Source of the DNA: Octopus bimaculoides
Lineage: Eukaryota
Direction of reading: 5' to 3'
Length of the DNA stretch: 64,000 bases
Assembly: GCF_001194135.2 (NCBI RefSeq)
Contig: NC_068991.1
Span: 4,221,830 to 4,285,829, forward strand
In this document: in pieces, positions 39,847 through 53,992 of the stretch
Layout of the letters: every line of letters begins with the position of its first letter
Numbering within the stretch: position 1 is the first letter of the stretch
Translations under genes and position numbers: made by a program
The notes under the pieces: model-generated
What the model was told of the DNA's origin: nothing
What the model saw: the letters and a program-made list of their open reading frames with translations, nothing else
The model's database searches: none

Positions 39847-40000
39847 TCTCTTATCATCATCAACGTCGTCATCCTCCTCCTCATCGTCGCCATTGCCGTC
39901 GTCGTCATCGTGGCCTTCATCAATTCCCCATATAACCATCAACATCATCATCAAGGCACTCCCGCCGCCGCCGCCGCCTCCGCCTCCGCCTCTGCTGCAG
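39482..40000. repeat. Long compound (CAT/CGT/CTT/CCT)n array with a short (CCG)n run
   Basis: Directly visible; source of the poly-D/H/I/S ORFs in the track. Confidence 0.92.
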
Positions 40001-40403
40001 CCAATATAATGAAAGTCATTATATTGGTCATCGTTGTCTTTCGCAAAGTAATATCGACAAACTAATCATTATATAATTTGTATTTCTATGCCTCTGTGTA
40101 TATGTGTGTGTGTGTACGTGTGTATGTGTTTCAGTTTATGTGTGTCTGTCTGCGTTTGTGTGTTTGAGTTTAGTATTTTTTCATCTCTTTAAGTTTCTTA
40201 CGCTGTTGCCGGTGTTATTATTAATGACGAAGTTCTGTTTGTTTACGAGTAAAGTGTATCTGTTCGGTGCATCAACATATTAAATCTTATTACTGTTAAG
40301 CTTGTTGCCTCAATTGCTATTTCGCATTTGATGGTGTTTGCTTCCTTCATCTTTTTCCCGTTATGGTTTGTTTCTGTTCTCTGTCTTATTACTGTTTAAC
40401 ATC

Positions 40404-40595
40404 GTTTCCAATTTTGGCACAAAACCTGTAATTCTGAAGGAGCAAAGAATTAAAAAAAAACACAAACAAAAGTTGAATTCATCGGACCCCAGTGAATAAC
40501 TGGTATTTATTTTATTGAGCCGAGAGAATCAAAAGGCATCTGAATTTTAACTCTGGACGTAAAGAGCAAGAAAATTGCCGCTATGAATTTTGTCC
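40404..40595 (-). mobile_element. Family B SINE, diverged
   Basis: TTTCCAATTTTGGCACAA...GACCCCAGTGAATAACTGGTATTTATTTTATTGA...AACTCTGGACGTAAAG. Confidence 0.65.
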
Positions 40596-40636
40596 TTGGC
40601 AAAAAGGTTTCAGCCAGCTCCTAACCATTATTATTA

Positions 40637-40703
<67 letters not shown>

Positions 40704-40915
40704 TATTATACATTTCAATTTTGCTTTGTATTTGTACAAGTTGGCTCCGAGTCTCATCCAGAGACTTCAAGAGACAACAAGTTAGAAGTTCATGTTGGTG
40801 TTATGCCTAGGGTGCCATATATTTGGTTTCGTACGTAGTACTGTTCTAGAGAATGTTTAAGAAACCATAAGAAAATTATGAGTTTGTTTTAAAACTTGAG
40901 ATTACAGAGACAGTA

Positions 40916-41178
40916 TTTTGAAGTTACAGGGACGTAAACACATCAACATTGGTTGTCAAGCGATGGGGGTAGGGGTACAGACACAGAAACACACATATAT
41001 ACACAGGCACACAGACACACAAACACACACATATGTATACGACGAGTTTCTTTCAGTTTCCGTCTACCAAGGCTTTGGTCGGCCCGAGGCCATAGTAGAA
41101 GACACTTGCCCATGGTGCCACACAGTGGGACAGAACCTGGAACCATCTGGTTGGTATGCAAGCTTCTTACCACACAAT
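40916..41178 (-). mobile_element. Family C SINE
   Basis: AAGTTACAGGGACGTAAACAC...TTTCAGTTTCCGTCTACCAA...GAGGCCATAGTAGAAGACACTTGCCCATGGTGCCAC. Confidence 0.85.
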
Positions 41179-41422
41179 TATAAAGAATTACTTACGAAAA
41201 TGACGTGTAGCAGTTATTCATGAAGTTATTTTCGAGTAACTTCTTGTGATCTGATAATATTTGATAATTTGAATGGAAATAACCGTCTCAATATTTGCAT
41301 TTTATAATGACATCGTTGAACTCACAGAGAGTTCTTCTACTACAGCTCCGCTTCTGCCAAAGCGTTGTGCGTGAATTTGGTAGGCGCGGAAAATGAAAGA
41401 AACACGCGGTATATAAGGGTGT

Positions 41423-41494
<72 letters not shown>

Positions 41495-41566
41495 NNNNNN
41501 NNNNNNNNNNNNNNNNNNNNNNNNNNNNNNNNNNNNNNNNNNNNNNNNNNNNNNNNNNNNNNNNNN

Positions 41567-41602
<36 letters not shown>

Positions 41603-42187
41603 TATTTGCATTTGTTATTGTCCACTACCACCATTTCCCAACCGATATGAGTGTGGTTACGCTCCCATAGCTTAGTATTTCTGTGAAAAAACCTATAGAC
41701 TACGTACCCGGTTAAAAGAAAATATGTAATCGAATCGATTTATTCCCCTCAAAACCCTTCTATCCAGGCGATGCTGCTCCATGGCCGCATACTAATGTCT
41801 AAAACAACAAAAAATAAAGGACACACACACACACACATATATATATTGTATATATGTGTGTGTGTGTATATATATATCTATATATATATATATACATATA
41901 TATGCAAGTCCATATATGTGAGGTGCGTGTGTGTGTGTGTGTATAAGCATAGGAATAGGAGACGTGATGTGAGCATTGAATAGCAATTTGTCATTTCCGT
42001 ATGGCTGCTTCTGTATCATGCTCTTCACCATGCGGCAACATTGACTTGGGCAGCCAAAATCTCATGCGTACATGCACAAACATTTCTATGCACACTCAAA
42101 ATTGTAGAATGCAATTGGATATTCATATACAGAAGTATAATGAAGGAAATCTACTTCTCTGGTTACATACCATAACATACACATTCA

Positions 42188-42223
<36 letters not shown>

Positions 42224-42470
42224 CCTATTTAAACACATACGCGCAAATTGCGCATATAACTGTTGCAGTTGTTCCCTGGATTTGGTATAACGATCAGGAT
42301 GTCATATCTTTTCTTGGCTGTATATGCATCGACACACACGCACACGCACAAACGCATGCGCGCCCACTCACACATTTAACATCGTTCAATATCTGATGCG
42401 CTATTCAGCTGCCCACCGCAGCAGCAGCAACAACAACAGTAGCAGCAGCAGCAGTAGCAGTAGCAGTACC

Positions 42471-42511
<41 letters not shown>

Positions 42512-43737
42512 GGCACCAGCACCAGCTACAACAGCGTGTGCTAGAATTGCGCTCGCATGGATCTTAGAACCGCAAATTTGTAACCAATCAGCTTATGTTC
42601 CCGAAGAATCGGTCATGCGATCTCCTGCCCGTCCTAAGTACGATAAACAAATGCTGGAGTTGTTAGGAATCAATAAGAGTTTAATGTTCAGCCGAAAATG
42701 TTGTATAACTTTAAGAATTTAAATGACATCTGAACACATATAATAGTAAATTATTCATCAGTTTATCTCTTCGAATTGTTGCAACATACCCAACAGCATC
42801 AATCTTTAAATAGATGAATGTCTGAATATTTCTCATAGGTGAAAGGTGAGAATTATATAAAATTTTATAAATATTGAAAATGATAATTATGAAGTTAACA
42901 CTTAAATAATGACATCTTTTAAATGGTCGAATAATTAAGACGAAGAATTAAGAGCAATATAAGATAATTTATTAAGAAAGCGGGGGTCGATAGATTGTGA
43001 AATTGATTTCTCATTTCGATGGTGTTCTTTTACGATATCGGGTGGCTGTTGCGTGCGAACATAGGGCTGCTACGCCTTCTCCTATTAACTTGTCTTCGTT
43101 TTGTGAATGACAAGACAATTATGTCTCATTGTCTAAGCCAAGCTATCTGGAATTAGACTCAAAGATCAGTTAATAAGGCTAAACTTATATTTAATGCGAA
43201 CTGCCTTTTGAAAGCTGTTTGTCGAAACACTCAAGGTTGATAGAGAAGCATTTCAACATCGAGATACAAATGAATTTTCGCTAATGTCGCTGTGTCTCAG
43301 AGATGTATAATTGTAATTGGTATCATCTCCACCACTGAGAAATTTGGATTTGTATCTTGAAGATTTGTAGGAGGTGACTCGTCCAACGCATCGACGGCGT
43401 CTACGTTTCACAGCCAAAATGTGCCATTATTAGTTTGAGGGGCACGAGCTTATAAAACCGAGTCCCTTCTTCAACACGTATGAGTAACTCTTTCAGTTTT
43501 AAAGTTGTTTCATAATTGTTTTGCTATCCCACATTGCTAATCATCCCCAGCCTATTAAGAACTTACATAATTTCTCAAAGAATCTAAACTCTATCTTATG
43601 TTGATCTCGAGAAATTAGTATATATCATTCTTTTATGCATAGCCGTGCACATATATACATATATATACATATGTACGTACGTATGTATGTATACAGGTAT
43701 ATATGTGTGCATGCATGTAGTTACGAGTGTGTGTGTT

Positions 43738-43799
<62 letters not shown>

Positions 43800-44141
43800 T
43801 GTATGTGTATGTGTGTGANNNNNNNNNNNNNNNNNNNNNNNNNNNNNNNNNNNNNNNNNNNNNNNNNNNNNNNNNNNNNNNNNNNNNNNNNNNNNNNNNN
43901 NNNNNNNNNNNNNNNNNNNNNNNNNNNNNNNNNNNNNNNNNNNNNNNNNNNNNNNNNNNNNNNNNNNNNNNNNNNNNNNNNNNNNNNNNNNNNNNNNNNN
44001 NNNNNNNNNNNNNNNNNNNNNNNNNNNNNNNNNNNNNNNNNNNNNNNNNNNNNNNNNNNNNNNNNNNNNNNNNNNNNNNNNNNNNNNNNNNNNNNNNNNN
44101 NNNNNNNNNNNNNNNNNNNNNNNNNNNNNNNNNNNNNNNNN

Positions 44142-44203
<62 letters not shown>

Positions 44204-44487
44204 TGTATGTGTATGTGTGTGAGTATAGACGCTCATTCCTACATATACAGGCATACTGACATGCATATTTATATATAAACACACATATATACACGTGTGT
44301 ATGTGTTCGAATGTTTCTCTGTATGATCCAGTTTGTGTGTATATTAGAGTACGTCTCTTAACTATTCCATACTAAATAATTTCCTCACCGTTGTAATTCC
44401 TATGTTTATTACAAANNNNNNNNNNTACATACATACATACATACATACGTACAAACACACACACAAACACATACAAACACATAAAAG

Positions 44488-44926
44488 AAAAGCCTCCTCT
44501 TGACCCAGGGCAGCCCTAACTCCTTCTGGCACTTGATATAGGCCTCTGTGTTGAGTCCAAGGCCGAGTGAGGAAATGAATAGTGGCAGAAAGTCGCCATC
44601 ACTAATGATCGCTCTAAACACCATGATTTTGAATGGATGTTTCATTTTTATCATTCTCGGTGCATGTCCTCAGTTTGCACTGTCCTTAGATTGGCACCCA
44701 AACACTCGGAAATATTCGTATTGGAGCTTCCGGCGCGAATCCCGAGCAGTACGGCATGTCGTTCCCAAATTTCTGGCAGAGTGAATTCAGTTGTGATGCA
44801 GTTTTTCTCACAGACGATGCACAACTGACCCTACTATACTGTGTAGTCGACAAACTCAAAAACAACCAATGCAACGGCGCGGAATAAAAAAATATGAAAC
44901 AGCGACAATTTACCCATCGCATCATG
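44488..44926 (-). mobile_element. Internally deleted Tc1/mariner-superfamily (maT/DD37D-like) transposon remnant
   Basis: Minus-strand N-terminal HTH-like LPEIWERHAVLLGIRAGSSNTNISECLGANLRTVQ joined to catalytic-domain segment KMKHPFKIMVFRAIISDGDFLPLFISSLGLGLNTEAYIKCQKELGLPWVKR; 5' end followed by TA at 44927-44928. Confidence 0.75.
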
Positions 44927-44958
44927 TATGTATATGTATGTATGTGTATATATGTATG

Positions 44959-45024
<66 letters not shown>

Positions 45025-45340
45025 CGTATATATAGAGAGAGATACATAGATACATAGATACATGCATACATACATACATACATACATATATGCATAGGAA
45101 GATATGCATATGTGTGTGTATGAGTGTACGTATGTTATAGTAATGGTAGCAGTGGTAACTTCTAAATGTAATTTCACTGCACCTTATCCGCGAAGAAAAT
45201 ATTCTCGTGACTGCTTAGCCCTGCTAATACTATGTTTGTTGTGAGCAGGAAGTCTGCGAGTTTAAGTCAGTCACCAATATAGACTGCTCCATTATATTGC
45301 TAAGGCGTTCTATCTGCTCAGAGATAGCTGTCTTAGATAT

Positions 45341-45383
45341 TTCCAGCTGATGAAAGCTAAGGAGTCAGAAACGCGTCGAGGAA
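45341..45383 (+). ncRNA. Minimal PLE-type hammerhead motif, core intact, stems degraded
   Basis: TTCC-AG-CTGATGA-AAGCTAAGGAGTCA-GAAAC-GC-GT-C-GA-GGAA; palindromic ACGCGT helix III and GUC triplet. Confidence 0.55.
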
Positions 45384-45506
45384 TTCGATAGTGGATGACA
45401 CATTTTAGCATAGACGAGACATTTTCTCCGCGGTAAACTACAGTGGAATGACCTATAGAAGTTTAAATATGTCACAAAAGTATTCGAAATAACCAAAGTG
45501 TGTGCG

Positions 45507-45564
<58 letters not shown>

Positions 45565-46606
45565 CAGAATTGGTTCAGATCATCTAATTTTGCATACCCT
45601 GTAACCTTCTACCCTAAACAGAAAAAAGTAATTCATTTGTATATAAAGTATATTAACAAAAGTATACTAACAAAACACTGCAAATCAACATATATCGTTG
45701 TTTTAATTATTATAGCTTTACAATTTAATAAAAATATATGATCGGCTCTAAGCCGCATTAACTTATATAATCTGGACATAAAGTCTAACACAGTCTCACG
45801 TTTTAATAAATTTATATAATTCTTTAACATTAGATTCAATTAACGTCCAACTATTATTCATATTTATTTAATTAGTGAACTTACACCTTCCAATTTCCTT
45901 TTAAAACTATCAATTTATTAACTTACATTAAAATATTTTTTTTAAAATATAGTTTATTTTAAGACAACTAGTTTTTCAATGCTTCTAATTGAATAGACTC
46001 AAATTTTACATAACCAACAAATATTCCAGACTATAGAAACGTGTATTTTATATTATCTCTTATTATATTTTATTTTCCTACATTAGTTTTCACCTATAAT
46101 AATTTATATAAATAATTTGTATTCAAATGTATTCACATTTACACTTTCTCTTAATTCGATGATATGTTTTCTTAATGTATTTGACTGCGTAATACCAGTG
46201 TTTTATCATCGACCAAATTATCCTCGCAAGAAGCAGGTAATTTACATATATACACATCTACATATTATCGATTTGATACAACTCTGTAAAAGATAATGAT
46301 ATTTAAAGTTATGTAAGTTGTATATTCATATCTGTATATCGGAGTCAGTTGGAATTTTCTTTCCAAGCAATCAAGGGATACAATTTTGTGAAATGTATTT
46401 ACTTTCAGGCTAACTTTAATACATCTTCTCTATCTCGCTCTTCCCCCTTCTCTTTCTCCTTTTCTCTATCCCTTTCTTTCTTTCTTTCTTCCTCTTTCTC
46501 TCACGCTTTCGCGTTCTCTTTCCTCTTGTGCATAAGACACACATACAGAAACAGAGAAACAGGTACAGACCTTAAAACACACGGAAACACACATATACAT
46601 AAACGC

Positions 46607-46683
<77 letters not shown>

Positions 46684-46835
46684 TGTGCATGTGTGTGTGT
46701 TGATCTAGTATATATAGCCTTCTCTCGAAATCCAGTTTAAATTGGTTGCCTGTGCCATGATTTCGATAATTGCTTTGGTAAATAGAATATGAAAAATGAC
46801 GGCGTAGAGCTGTTTATTTCTTGCATACAAATATA

Positions 46836-47068
46836 GCTGCAGGCGTGGTTGTGTGATAAGAAGCTTGTTTCCCAACCGCATGGTTCCCAGTTCAGTCCCA
46901 CTGAGTGACACCATGGGTGAATGTTTTTTTTTCCTGGAGTTTCGGGCCGACGAAAGCACGTGAGTCGACTTCATGATATATTTACCAGAAGGCGGCGAGC
47001 TGGCAGACACGTTAGCACATCGGGCCAAATGCTTAGCGGTATTTCGTCTGTCTTTCCGCTCTCAGTTC
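46836..47068 (+). mobile_element. Family C head followed by family B head (partial SINEs)
   Basis: GCAGGCGTGGTTGTGTGATAAGAAGCTTGTTTCCCAACCGCATGGTTCCCAGTTCAGTCCCACTG, then AAGGCGGCGAGCTGGCAGACACGTTAGCAC at 46988. Confidence 0.75.
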
Positions 47069-49265
47069 AATAAAACCGTAGTTTCTATGTGATTAAGGCA
47101 GATATAGATTATGTGTGTTTGGATAGTGATGGGATTGGAAGCTTAAACTGCTAATAGAAGAAACTATTCCCAAGACTTTCTGATGTATGAAAAACATAAA
47201 GCCGTAGGCTTACATATTTAATTTAGTGATGAAAATGTGACTCATTAAACCTTTGTGAAGAATGCTAAGTGCATTGGAAAGTGGAGATACTATCGCAGAA
47301 GTGTCGTGCTGATGACGGATATTGAGACAGAAACTTGCATTCCAAACTGTTCTTTTATACCCAGACAACAAGTCTGTCCTTTTCCTCAATAATATGTCAA
47401 CATTGGATAATTTGTTTTAGTAGATTGTCACCTCATGGCACATGGAGTGGGTCGTAATTACCATTTGGTGATTATGATATCTCGTCTAAAATCAGGGATA
47501 AATCAAGAAGTGGCATCACATATTAGTTGCTACACCTGTATTGGTCTATGTTCTTCAAATACATACCGCTGGCAAACTCTGATTTATTTCTCGTAGTTCA
47601 TTTTCGTTTAATTCAATTATTAATTCTGGACAACAAAACAAAAGAGAAAAGCTGTGAGGTTCATATTTATCAAAATTGAATGGGCGGAATACATTGTAGT
47701 TTGCTGCTACGATTCAATTAATAATTCTTATTTAGAAGCTTTCATCCTAAATTTTCCTTGGGTTCTCATGTTAAGTACCATAAATCTACGTCTTTAGATG
47801 AAGAAAATGGGCAGAATAATTCCGCCGCAATCCTGATTTTAGTTATTGCTGTTGTCAGAGTGCTTTCTCCAAAATTTTGGAAATCACTTAATCACCTAAG
47901 ATCTGCCAAATTGGAATGACACCCATCGATGTTGGAACTGTCTCGCTTGCCTTCTTTGAGTGCAATTAATCATTGCAAATAATTATAATTTTAATTAGTT
48001 AAACATTTTTAGGGCTCAGTGCATTAAGCACGTGAGCTTCACTTCCATTTAAATATAACTTCACTACAGTTGAGGAGAATGTTTTCTTTCGCTTTTGCCA
48101 ATTTTGTTAATATTTTTTAATTAAGAGCTAATCTTGAACAGATTGTGTGAAAGCATCCATCTTTGCTTTCAGTTTAGAATTTCAGCAACGTGTTTTGTTC
48201 ATCCATTATTGTTACATATGCACCGTGTGGTGGAATTTTTCTGCATAGATTATGTAATGTTTGTAGATTTCATTTGATTTCTTAATATAACATTTCGTTG
48301 TTTATTCTGTATTATTTAAACATTTTACTGAAGTGTAATTAGCTTCGAGCTGGAATTTTCGTTTTCATATGTAAAAGCGAAATAAAAAAAGAAAGAAAGA
48401 AAGAAACCAAATATTTGTTTCATTGGTCTTTATCATACTAATCAGCACACCCACACACACACACACACACACACGCAAACATACACACGCACGAACATAC
48501 GCACACACACACAAACATACACACACGCACACAGGAAACCACGCACGCAAACATATACAGACACACCTGAAAACGAATACACACGTGTACATGTGTCCTG
48601 ATATGAAGTTATGTATGAGTGCATCTGTATGTGTGTGTTTGTGTGTGTGTNNNNNNNNNNATATATATATACATACATGTATCCATACATACATGTGTAC
48701 GTTTGTTTGCTATACGTCACAATCTCACTTAGCAGCTAATTGATCATCTTTATTTTTTACTTGTATTTAAGTAAATATTGTTTTCTTTTTTTTTGTTTTC
48801 TTATTCATATTTAAGTTATTCAGTTCAATAATACTCCAAATTATCACATATTGAAAATGCAAAATATGATTGTTATTGCCCGAGCAATTTGTAATTAGAA
48901 TTTCTTTTCTGCTATTGTATTCCGTATTTGATATGTAATATTATACGATGTAGAAATTCCGTTTTACTTTGTTGCTTCGAGTTGGTTCTGTTTCGGAGGC
49001 ATTGTCATCTCTTCTGCATTGTTTGAGCTTTTAGTGATATAGATTCCTTGCTTCTGCTTGTTGTAGCCCGTGATCAGTACATTGTCTTTATTTCATAGTT
49101 GTGTCACGGTTTATCTGTTTTAAGAAGAATTATTTCGATTGTACAACTTCCATTGACTTTTGTAAATAAAAATGCCTTTTAAACGGTTTAATTGATATGG
49201 AGTGTATTGTACCTTTACCCCGGAATTAGAACTGTCTTTTATTTATTTCTTTATTTACATAAACG

Positions 49266-49480
49266 AAGGCGGATAGGTGGCAAAATCTATAACACGTCGG
49301 ACAAAATCCTTAGAAGCATTTGTTCCGGCTTTACATTGAGTTCAAACGGCCACAGTAGTCGAATTTGCCCTTCGTCATTACAGGGTGGTTAAAACAAGTA
49401 CCAGTAGATCGATGATGTTTGCGGTAATTGACTTGATCCCCTCCTCTGTAAACCGTTGGCATTGGCTCGAAATATGAAAC
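49266..49480 (+). mobile_element. Family B SINE, diverged
   Basis: AAGGCGGATAGGTGGCAAAATC...TGAGTTCAAA...AAGTACCAG...TTGACTTGATCCCCTCC. Confidence 0.65.
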
Positions 49481-50393
49481 AGTTATTTCCCGACATCATT
49501 CGTTCGTATGTTCTGCTTCGTTTCTGAGATATTTGAAGCGATTTTATGATATTTATCATAAACCAAAGTACCTTCGTTAATATTGTACTGAATGAAAAGT
49601 TCTGCAATATTTTGGTAACGTATTTACTTCATTCGTTAATTTTTCTCAAAAGCAGCCTAGCTTTCAAAGTAGAAGCTACCATGTTGTACCATTTCAAGCC
49701 AACATTCTGCCAGTTTTTTCCTCCTACACTAATAACAGCCCTTGTCCTTCAAAGCAAAGAACTCCTTCACTGAAGCTTTCACTTTCTCTTGGTTGATGAA
49801 ACTTCATGAGCGCAGGACGTGTGCCATGGGTTCGAAGTAAGTAATAATCCGACGGAGCTAGAGTTGGGCTATTGTTTTATGTTGACGAATAAAGCAAATA
49901 GAGAAAACAAAACACTGCAAACCTTTCGACACAGCACTTTATATTTGTATTCAATGTTAGTCCGAAATGCTTGCATTTGTTTCAGATCTCATATATTTAT
50001 CATGCAGTTTGTTCGTAAGGCTTCTTTGAATTTGTTTAATTATCGCAGATATTGATTGCTTTTACGGTGCAACTCTCTCTCATAGTAAATATTCGGTCGT
50101 GATAGTATTAAAACGACGCCAAATTATTCCCTATAAATTCCTGTCCATTTTATCCTCCGTTTATTCTCGATTGTGTTTCGCAGCCATGGTCATTATGTTA
50201 TATACCGTATGTTATTTCTCTTTCATCTTTCTCTTGTTTCAGTCATCGCACTGCTGCCATACTGGAGCACCACCTTGAAGAATTCTGTTGCACAAATCAA
50301 CGCCCGTACTATTATTTAAGTTTTTTTTTCTTTACTTATTCTGCTTGCCATTTTGCCGAACCGCTGGACTAGAAAGCGATAGAAAAAAATGCA

Positions 50394-50793
50394 TAGGCGT
50401 GGGAGTGGCTGTGTGGTAAGTAGTTTGCTTACCAACCACATGGTTACGGATTCAGTCCAACTGTGTGGCACCTTGGGCAAGTATCTTCTACTATAGCCTC
50501 GAGCTGACTAAAGCTTTGTGAGTGGATTTGGTAGACGAACACTGAAAGAATCCTGCCGTATATATGTATATATATATGTATATATATATGTTTGTATGTC
50601 TGTGTTTGTCTCTCTAAACACATGACAACCGATGCTGGTGTGTTTACGTCCCCGTAACCTAGTGGCTCGGCAAAAGAGACCGATAGATTAAGTACTAGGC
50701 TTACAAAGAACAAGTCCTGGCTGTCGATTTGTTTCGGTTAAAGGTGGTGCTCCGGCATGGGCGCAGTCAAATGACTGAAACAAATAAAAGAAT
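50394..50793 (+). mobile_element. Full-length family C (CORE-containing) SINE
   Basis: Head AGGCGTGGGAGTGGCTGTGTGG...GGATTCAGTCC; CORE GGCACCTTGGGCAAGTATCTTCTACTATAGC; internal (TA/TG)n; tail GGTGCTCCGGCATGG.CGCAGTCAAATGACTGAAACAAATAAAAGA. Confidence 0.9.
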
Positions 50794-52161
50794 ATTGGTT
50801 CACGCAAGGTGATGAGGTAAAACAAACGAAATACAAAGCACACACACACACACACACTTACATACACACCGGGCTTCCAAACAGCTTCCGTCCTCTAAAT
50901 TCTTACACAAGTCATTGACCGTCTATAGTGAAATTCACGCGCAGTGGAATTGAACCTGGAACAACGAGGCTGTAAAGTGAGCTTCTTTTAAAACCACAAA
51001 CAAGCCTGCATCTCTGTAGATTCTTTGATGGACGTTCTTCTTGCTTTCAACGATCAGACATCACTATGGTTTATAGCAAGCATTAGTTCTATGTCTTATC
51101 GAGAATATAGAGTTACAAAACGTGCAATTAGCCGTACAGACCAGCATTGCTATTTACTCCACTTGTTCACTTTATGCCAGGATTCATTAATGGTTACATT
51201 TAAATTACGTAATATTATGTGCTAGCATCCATGATTTTATTCCGGTGGGTGTTTTTTTCTTTTCTCACTAATCCCAAACAGTGTTGTGAACATTGTCCAC
51301 TAATCAGTAAAAAAATCGATACGACTTCTAATAATAATAATTGTTTTAGTAGTAATAAATACACTGTACACTGATGCCGCGCCAGAGAGTGGATCTCATG
51401 GCTTGTGATCTTAACTGATTGGAAGTGTTAACGTGTACATGTTTGCCGTGGGCTATAGAAAATATTCTGCTCACTACCACATATTCGCTAGCCCGTTATT
51501 TGACCTTAACAAGTTGAGCATGTCCCTTAATGTCTGGTGATATGTGCTTCTATGACACATGGGTGTTTCTTTCACCATCCTTTAAAAAATGCTTCTGCAA
51601 GGATCTTTTGATAATGGCTTCCTGATTGTTGTGAAGATGCCACATATATGTGTGTGTATCTATACTGCTGTCGATAAAATCACGAATTCAAAGGTGCAAA
51701 TTAATATTTTCATAAATAAATTTTAATAAAAATGTAAAATATACTGTCCATTAATTATTTGCAAATAACACAGTTATATAATATATGCATGTTGTTATGA
51801 ATTGTGCATAATGGAATTTTTTCCTAATTCTGTCTTCTATTTGATATTTCTTTTATTGCTAAGAACATCGATATTTCATCAATATTTTGCAGTTGGCATC
51901 TGAAAAATATAGCAACAGATTTTTGCTTTACGTAGCAACGTACATATGTTTTAGCAATATGTCAATGTAATTAATTATATTTCTTGTTGTTGTCTACAAA
52001 TTTTTTATCTCAATTTCATCGGTCAGGAGGATGGAAGTCGTTCGGAAATGGAAGTAGGTATAATAACAACGTTTTCAAACTCGTTATTTGATTTTATGGC
52101 TTTCGTTGCCCATTCTCTTTTAATTCGAAATTTGTCATACAAAGACAATTGTCAGCAACAG

Positions 52162-52380
52162 TACGAGGGCTTGCTGATAAGTCCTGACTTTGGGTAAAAG
52201 ATAATACAGGCGGACAAGTTAATTATGATTTCATTCAATATATTCCCCGGTCACATTCAGACAGTTATCACAGCGCTTCTTCTGTTTTTCTAAGCTCTGT
52301 CAAAGAACTCGGCAAATTGGGCCTTCAGCCAGGCCTTTCGTGACATCCTTAAAGCCTGGACCGTTTCAGCACACCTCGTA
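52162..52380. mobile_element. Mariner-type MITE
   Basis: Left end TACGAGGGCTTGCTGATAAGTCCTGACTTT; right end AAAGCCTGGACCGTTTCAGCACACCTCGTA. These are imperfect ~30-bp inverted termini bounded by TA. Confidence 0.8.
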
Positions 52381-53932
52381 AAATGCTGGACCATGTCAGT
52401 GAGCATTCGACTGCAGGAAAAACTGCAAACTTGTAGCAAGGGATCAAGAGAAAAACCCACGTATGTCACAGGAATTTTACTCGGACTATAAATTGAATTT
52501 AGGAGAATACACTCGTTTAGAAGTGTGCATCAACTGCTCCTTTAGATCACCGTTCATCAACTCAAGGTATAATAGTAGGTATGTATTTACTAGGGCAAAA
52601 AGTGTCCATCTATAATGATATGAGAAGATGCATTTTCCCGAAGAGAAAAAATATTTATTTGGGCAAAACCTGAAATCTCAGCTGTGAAATGTAGACGCCA
52701 CTGGAGAAGCTGCTTGCGGAAAGAGAAAATTCCGGGCAGTATTAGTAAACAGGCAGCATCGGATTCAAAAGAGTTAATAATTCAGGATTGAACATAAGAT
52801 GGCACCATAGATTTAGTTCAACACTTGGTGTTTTCACTGGCATCATCCTTTAGTAAATGAAACCATAGTTCGTTCGATCTGTTTTTATAATTTTGAGCAG
52901 AACTCTCTCTCTCTCTTTTCATTTTTATCTCACGCTTTTCTCCCTCTCTGTGTGTATNNNNNNNNNNNNNNNNNNNNNNNNNNNNNNNNNNNNNNNNNNN
53001 NNNNNNNNNNNNNNNNNNNNNNNNNNNNNNNNNNNNNNNNNNNNNNNNNNNNNNNNNNNNNNNNNNNNNNNNNNNNNNNNNNNNNNNNNNNNNNNNNNNN
53101 NNNNNNNNNNNNNNNNNNNNNNNNNNNNNNNNNNNNNNNNNNNNNNNNNNNNNNNNNNNNNNNNNNNNNNNNNNNNNNNNNNNNNNNNNNNNNNNNNNNN
53201 NNNNNNNNNNNNNNNNNNNNNNNNNNNNNNNNNNNNNNNNNNNNNNNNNNNNNNNNNNNNNNNNNNNNNNNNNNNNNNNNNNNNNNATATACTCACATAT
53301 TAATTTCATATAATACGTATATTCAGAGACACCAACGAGCTATGTAAACACACATACGCACACAACCGCCCTCCCCATACACACGTACACGCATACACCG
53401 CACATATATTAATTATATTTCTATTAGGCGTATCGTGTTGATCTTTATACAGCGTGAGTTTTATTTCGCAAAATGTGTTCAAGCTGAAAATGGCAAAATA
53501 TTAGTTAGATTCACGAGATTAAAATTGACCAATTATAGATATGAATTAAAACATTATATCTTCAGAAAGATAAGGAAAGATATGAATGTCGAAATGACCT
53601 TGTCGCCAAGTTCTCAAAGAGAAAATTTTACTGGGCACCGACTACGATTTTCACATAAAATACTGAAAATAACAGAAAAGATTATGGAGAATATGAACAT
53701 CACAATACGAAATATAACTGGTTTTGAAATTAAATATTATTTCCAATAAAAATCATGTCTTGACACAAGCAAATTATGAAAGGAGTAAGAATCTCGCTTT
53801 AAAACACACGGTTTCAGGTTTGTGCCCATAGCACGGAGTCTGAAGCAAGTGTCTTTCATTACAGCCCCAGATCGACTAATGCATTGTGATTGAAGTTAGT
53901 AGGCGGAAATTGTGCGGAAGACTGTCACATTC

Positions 53933-53992
<60 letters not shown>

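Noticed and set aside
38891-39954. Long poly-Asp/His/Ile/Met ORFs resembling acidic or metal-binding proteins
   Set aside because: They derive from (CAT/CGT)n arrays, are open in several frames and strands, and span an N gap.
47310-47345. CTGATGA...GAAAC spacing resembling a hammerhead
   Set aside because: No convincing stem I or II, and U16.1 is absent.
50765-50793. SINE tail AGTC-AAAT-GACT-GAAAC resembling half a hammerhead
   Set aside because: No CTGANGA in any copy; better explained as a LINE-derived 3' stem-loop.
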